The notes under the pieces were generated by a model. It was given only the letters and a program-made list of their open reading frames with translations, was not told the origin of the DNA and searched no databases. The translations under genes were made by a program, and so were the position numbers. Below are positions 62,939 through 64,000 of a DNA stretch of 64,000 bases, piece after piece; positions within the stretch are counted from its first letter, which is position 1, and every line of letters starts with the position of its first letter. Source of the DNA: an uncultured Chlorobiota bacterium (GTDB lineage Bacteria > Bacteroidota > Bacteroidia > Bacteroidales > JAADGE01); assembly GCA_947311255.1 (NCBI GenBank), contig CAMZKL010000043.1:1685-65684 (forward strand), written 5' to 3'.

Positions 62939-64000
62939 TTACAAAACTTCACCAATTGCATTCCCTTGTTCATTTATTTTTAATATTTTAAATCTCTCTA
63001 TTTTATTTATTAATTTCTTATTAAAAGGAATTTCAATTTTAATATAATTTTCAGTAAATCCAAACATTGAGTTCTCATATTTTGCTCCTTCAAAAAGAAC
63101 ATTATGCTCAGTGTTTACAAAACGCTTATAAAATTCAACATGCTTAATATCAGAAAGTTGATGAAGCATCTTACTCCTTTTCCTAATTACTTCTTTTGAA
63201 ACATGTCCTTGCATTTTTTCAGCAGGAGTACCAGAACGAACTGAAAAAGAAAACACATGCAAGAACGAAATATCAATATTTTTTAAAAAATTATATGTAT
63301 CACTAAAATCGTTTTCTGTTTCACCCGGAAAACCAACAATAACATCAATTCCAAGAAAAGCATCGGGTATAAGTCTGTTTATTTTCTCAATTTTATTTTT
63401 AAAAACATCAACATTATAGCGCCGTTTCATTAACTGTAAAACTTTATCGCTTCCAGATTGCAAAGGTATATGAAAATGAGGCAAAAACTTTTTTGATCTT
63501 AAAGAAAATTCAATTATCTCATCTGTTATTAAATTTGGTTCAATTGAAGAAATTCTATATCGTTCAATACCTTTTACTTTATCTAATTCTTTAATTAAGT
63601 CTAAAAATGTTTCATTTGTGCTTTTACCAAAATCTCCAATATTTACACCTGTAAGAATAATTTCTTTATATCCTTTTTCAGCAATCATTTTTGCTTGTTC
63701 AACAGTTTTTAAAACTGTCTCACTCCTACTCTTTCCTCTCACACTTGGGATTGTGCAATATGTACAAGGATAGTCGCATCCATCTTGAACTTTCAAAAAA
63801 GAACGAGTTCTATCTCCTGATGAAAATGCAGTATCAAAATTTTCAATTTCAGATGCTTCACATGAATGTATAGTTGCAGTTTCTAGTTTTTTAAAATCAT
63901 TGAAATACTTAAAAATATTAAATTTTTCATTCATTCCTAAAACTAAATCTACACCTGGTATTTTAGCAATCTTTTCAGACTCTGCCTGTGCATAACAGCC
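62939..64000 (-). CDS. mtaB: MiaB-like tRNA methylthiotransferase MtaB (5' end beyond the window)
   Basis: The ORF-track Met at 63934 is internal. The frame stays open to nt 64000, reading GCYAQAESEKIAKIPGVDLVLG-MNEKF.... Radical SAM motif CDYPCTYC and a C-terminal TRAM-like domain. Confidence 0.88.
   Translation of the reverse strand, partial: GCYAQAESEKIAKIPGVDLVLGMNEKFNIFKYFNDFKKLETATIHSCEASEIENFDTAFSSGDRTRSFLKVQDGCDYPCTYCTIPSVRGKSRSETVLKTVEQAKMIAEKGYKEIILTGVNIGDFGKSTNETFLDLIKELDKVKGIERYRISSIEPNLITDEIIEFSLRSKKFLPHFHIPLQSGSDKVLQLMKRRYNVDVFKNKIEKINRLIPDAFLGIDVIVGFPGETENDFSDTYNFLKNIDISFLHVFSFSVRSGTPAEKMQGHVSKEVIRKRSKMLHQLSDIKHVEFYKRFVNTEHNVLFEGAKYENSMFGFTENYIKIEIPFNKKLINKIERFKILKINEQGNAIGEVL

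Noticed and set aside
1-64000. Scan for tRNA, rRNA, tmRNA/RNase P-like GC-rich islands, CRISPR repeat-spacer periodicity, IS elements, integrases and known defence genes
   Set aside because: None found by eye. All spacers longer than 150 bp are AT-rich and are accounted for by terminators, Family A/B units or promoter regions. A covariance-model scan would be needed for certainty.

Overview
Strongly AT-rich chromosomal segment with the hallmarks of a Bacteroidota genome: several exported proteins carry T9SS C-terminal sorting domains, the primary sigma factor is 287 aa, there is a FISUMP-domain protein, and start codons lack Shine-Dalgarno sequences. I support 56 protein-coding genes plus one doubtful small ORF. 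They are mostly housekeeping (guaA, gmk, dapF, rpoD, holA, grpE-dnaJ, arcC, ygiQ, mtaB) or envelope and proteolysis functions: an M1+M28+PDZ fusion peptidase, two tandem prolyl oligopeptidases, an S8 protease, HtrA and a rhomboid. I found no rRNA, tRNA, CRISPR array, transposase, integrase or recognisable defence system. The most unusual signal is non-coding. Family A is a roughly 170-190 nt module with five full copies upstream of genes, one extra gene-less tandem unit, and three partial or decayed copies. Every copy that sits in front of a gene ends exactly at that gene's ATG. Unit boundaries keep relic start codons, including a 15-nt fragment of the htrA 5' end. Family B is a roughly 150 nt module with two copies, each filling the gap between a stop codon and a downstream operon (DHOD-like/Trx-like/Fpr, and PLP decarboxylase/unknown/unknown). 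I could not match either family to a named RNA or repeat class from memory. Secondary points are a Fic protein whose catalytic His is replaced by Gln and which is bracketed by an 11-bp inverted repeat, a LytS/LytTR pair split by two flavodoxin-fold genes, a non-canonical DHOD-like operon, a decarboxylase operon with a possible permuted papain-fold partner, adjacent paralogous unknowns, and a T9SS-like sorting domain in an internal position. All functional calls rest on motif recognition by eye, with no database search.
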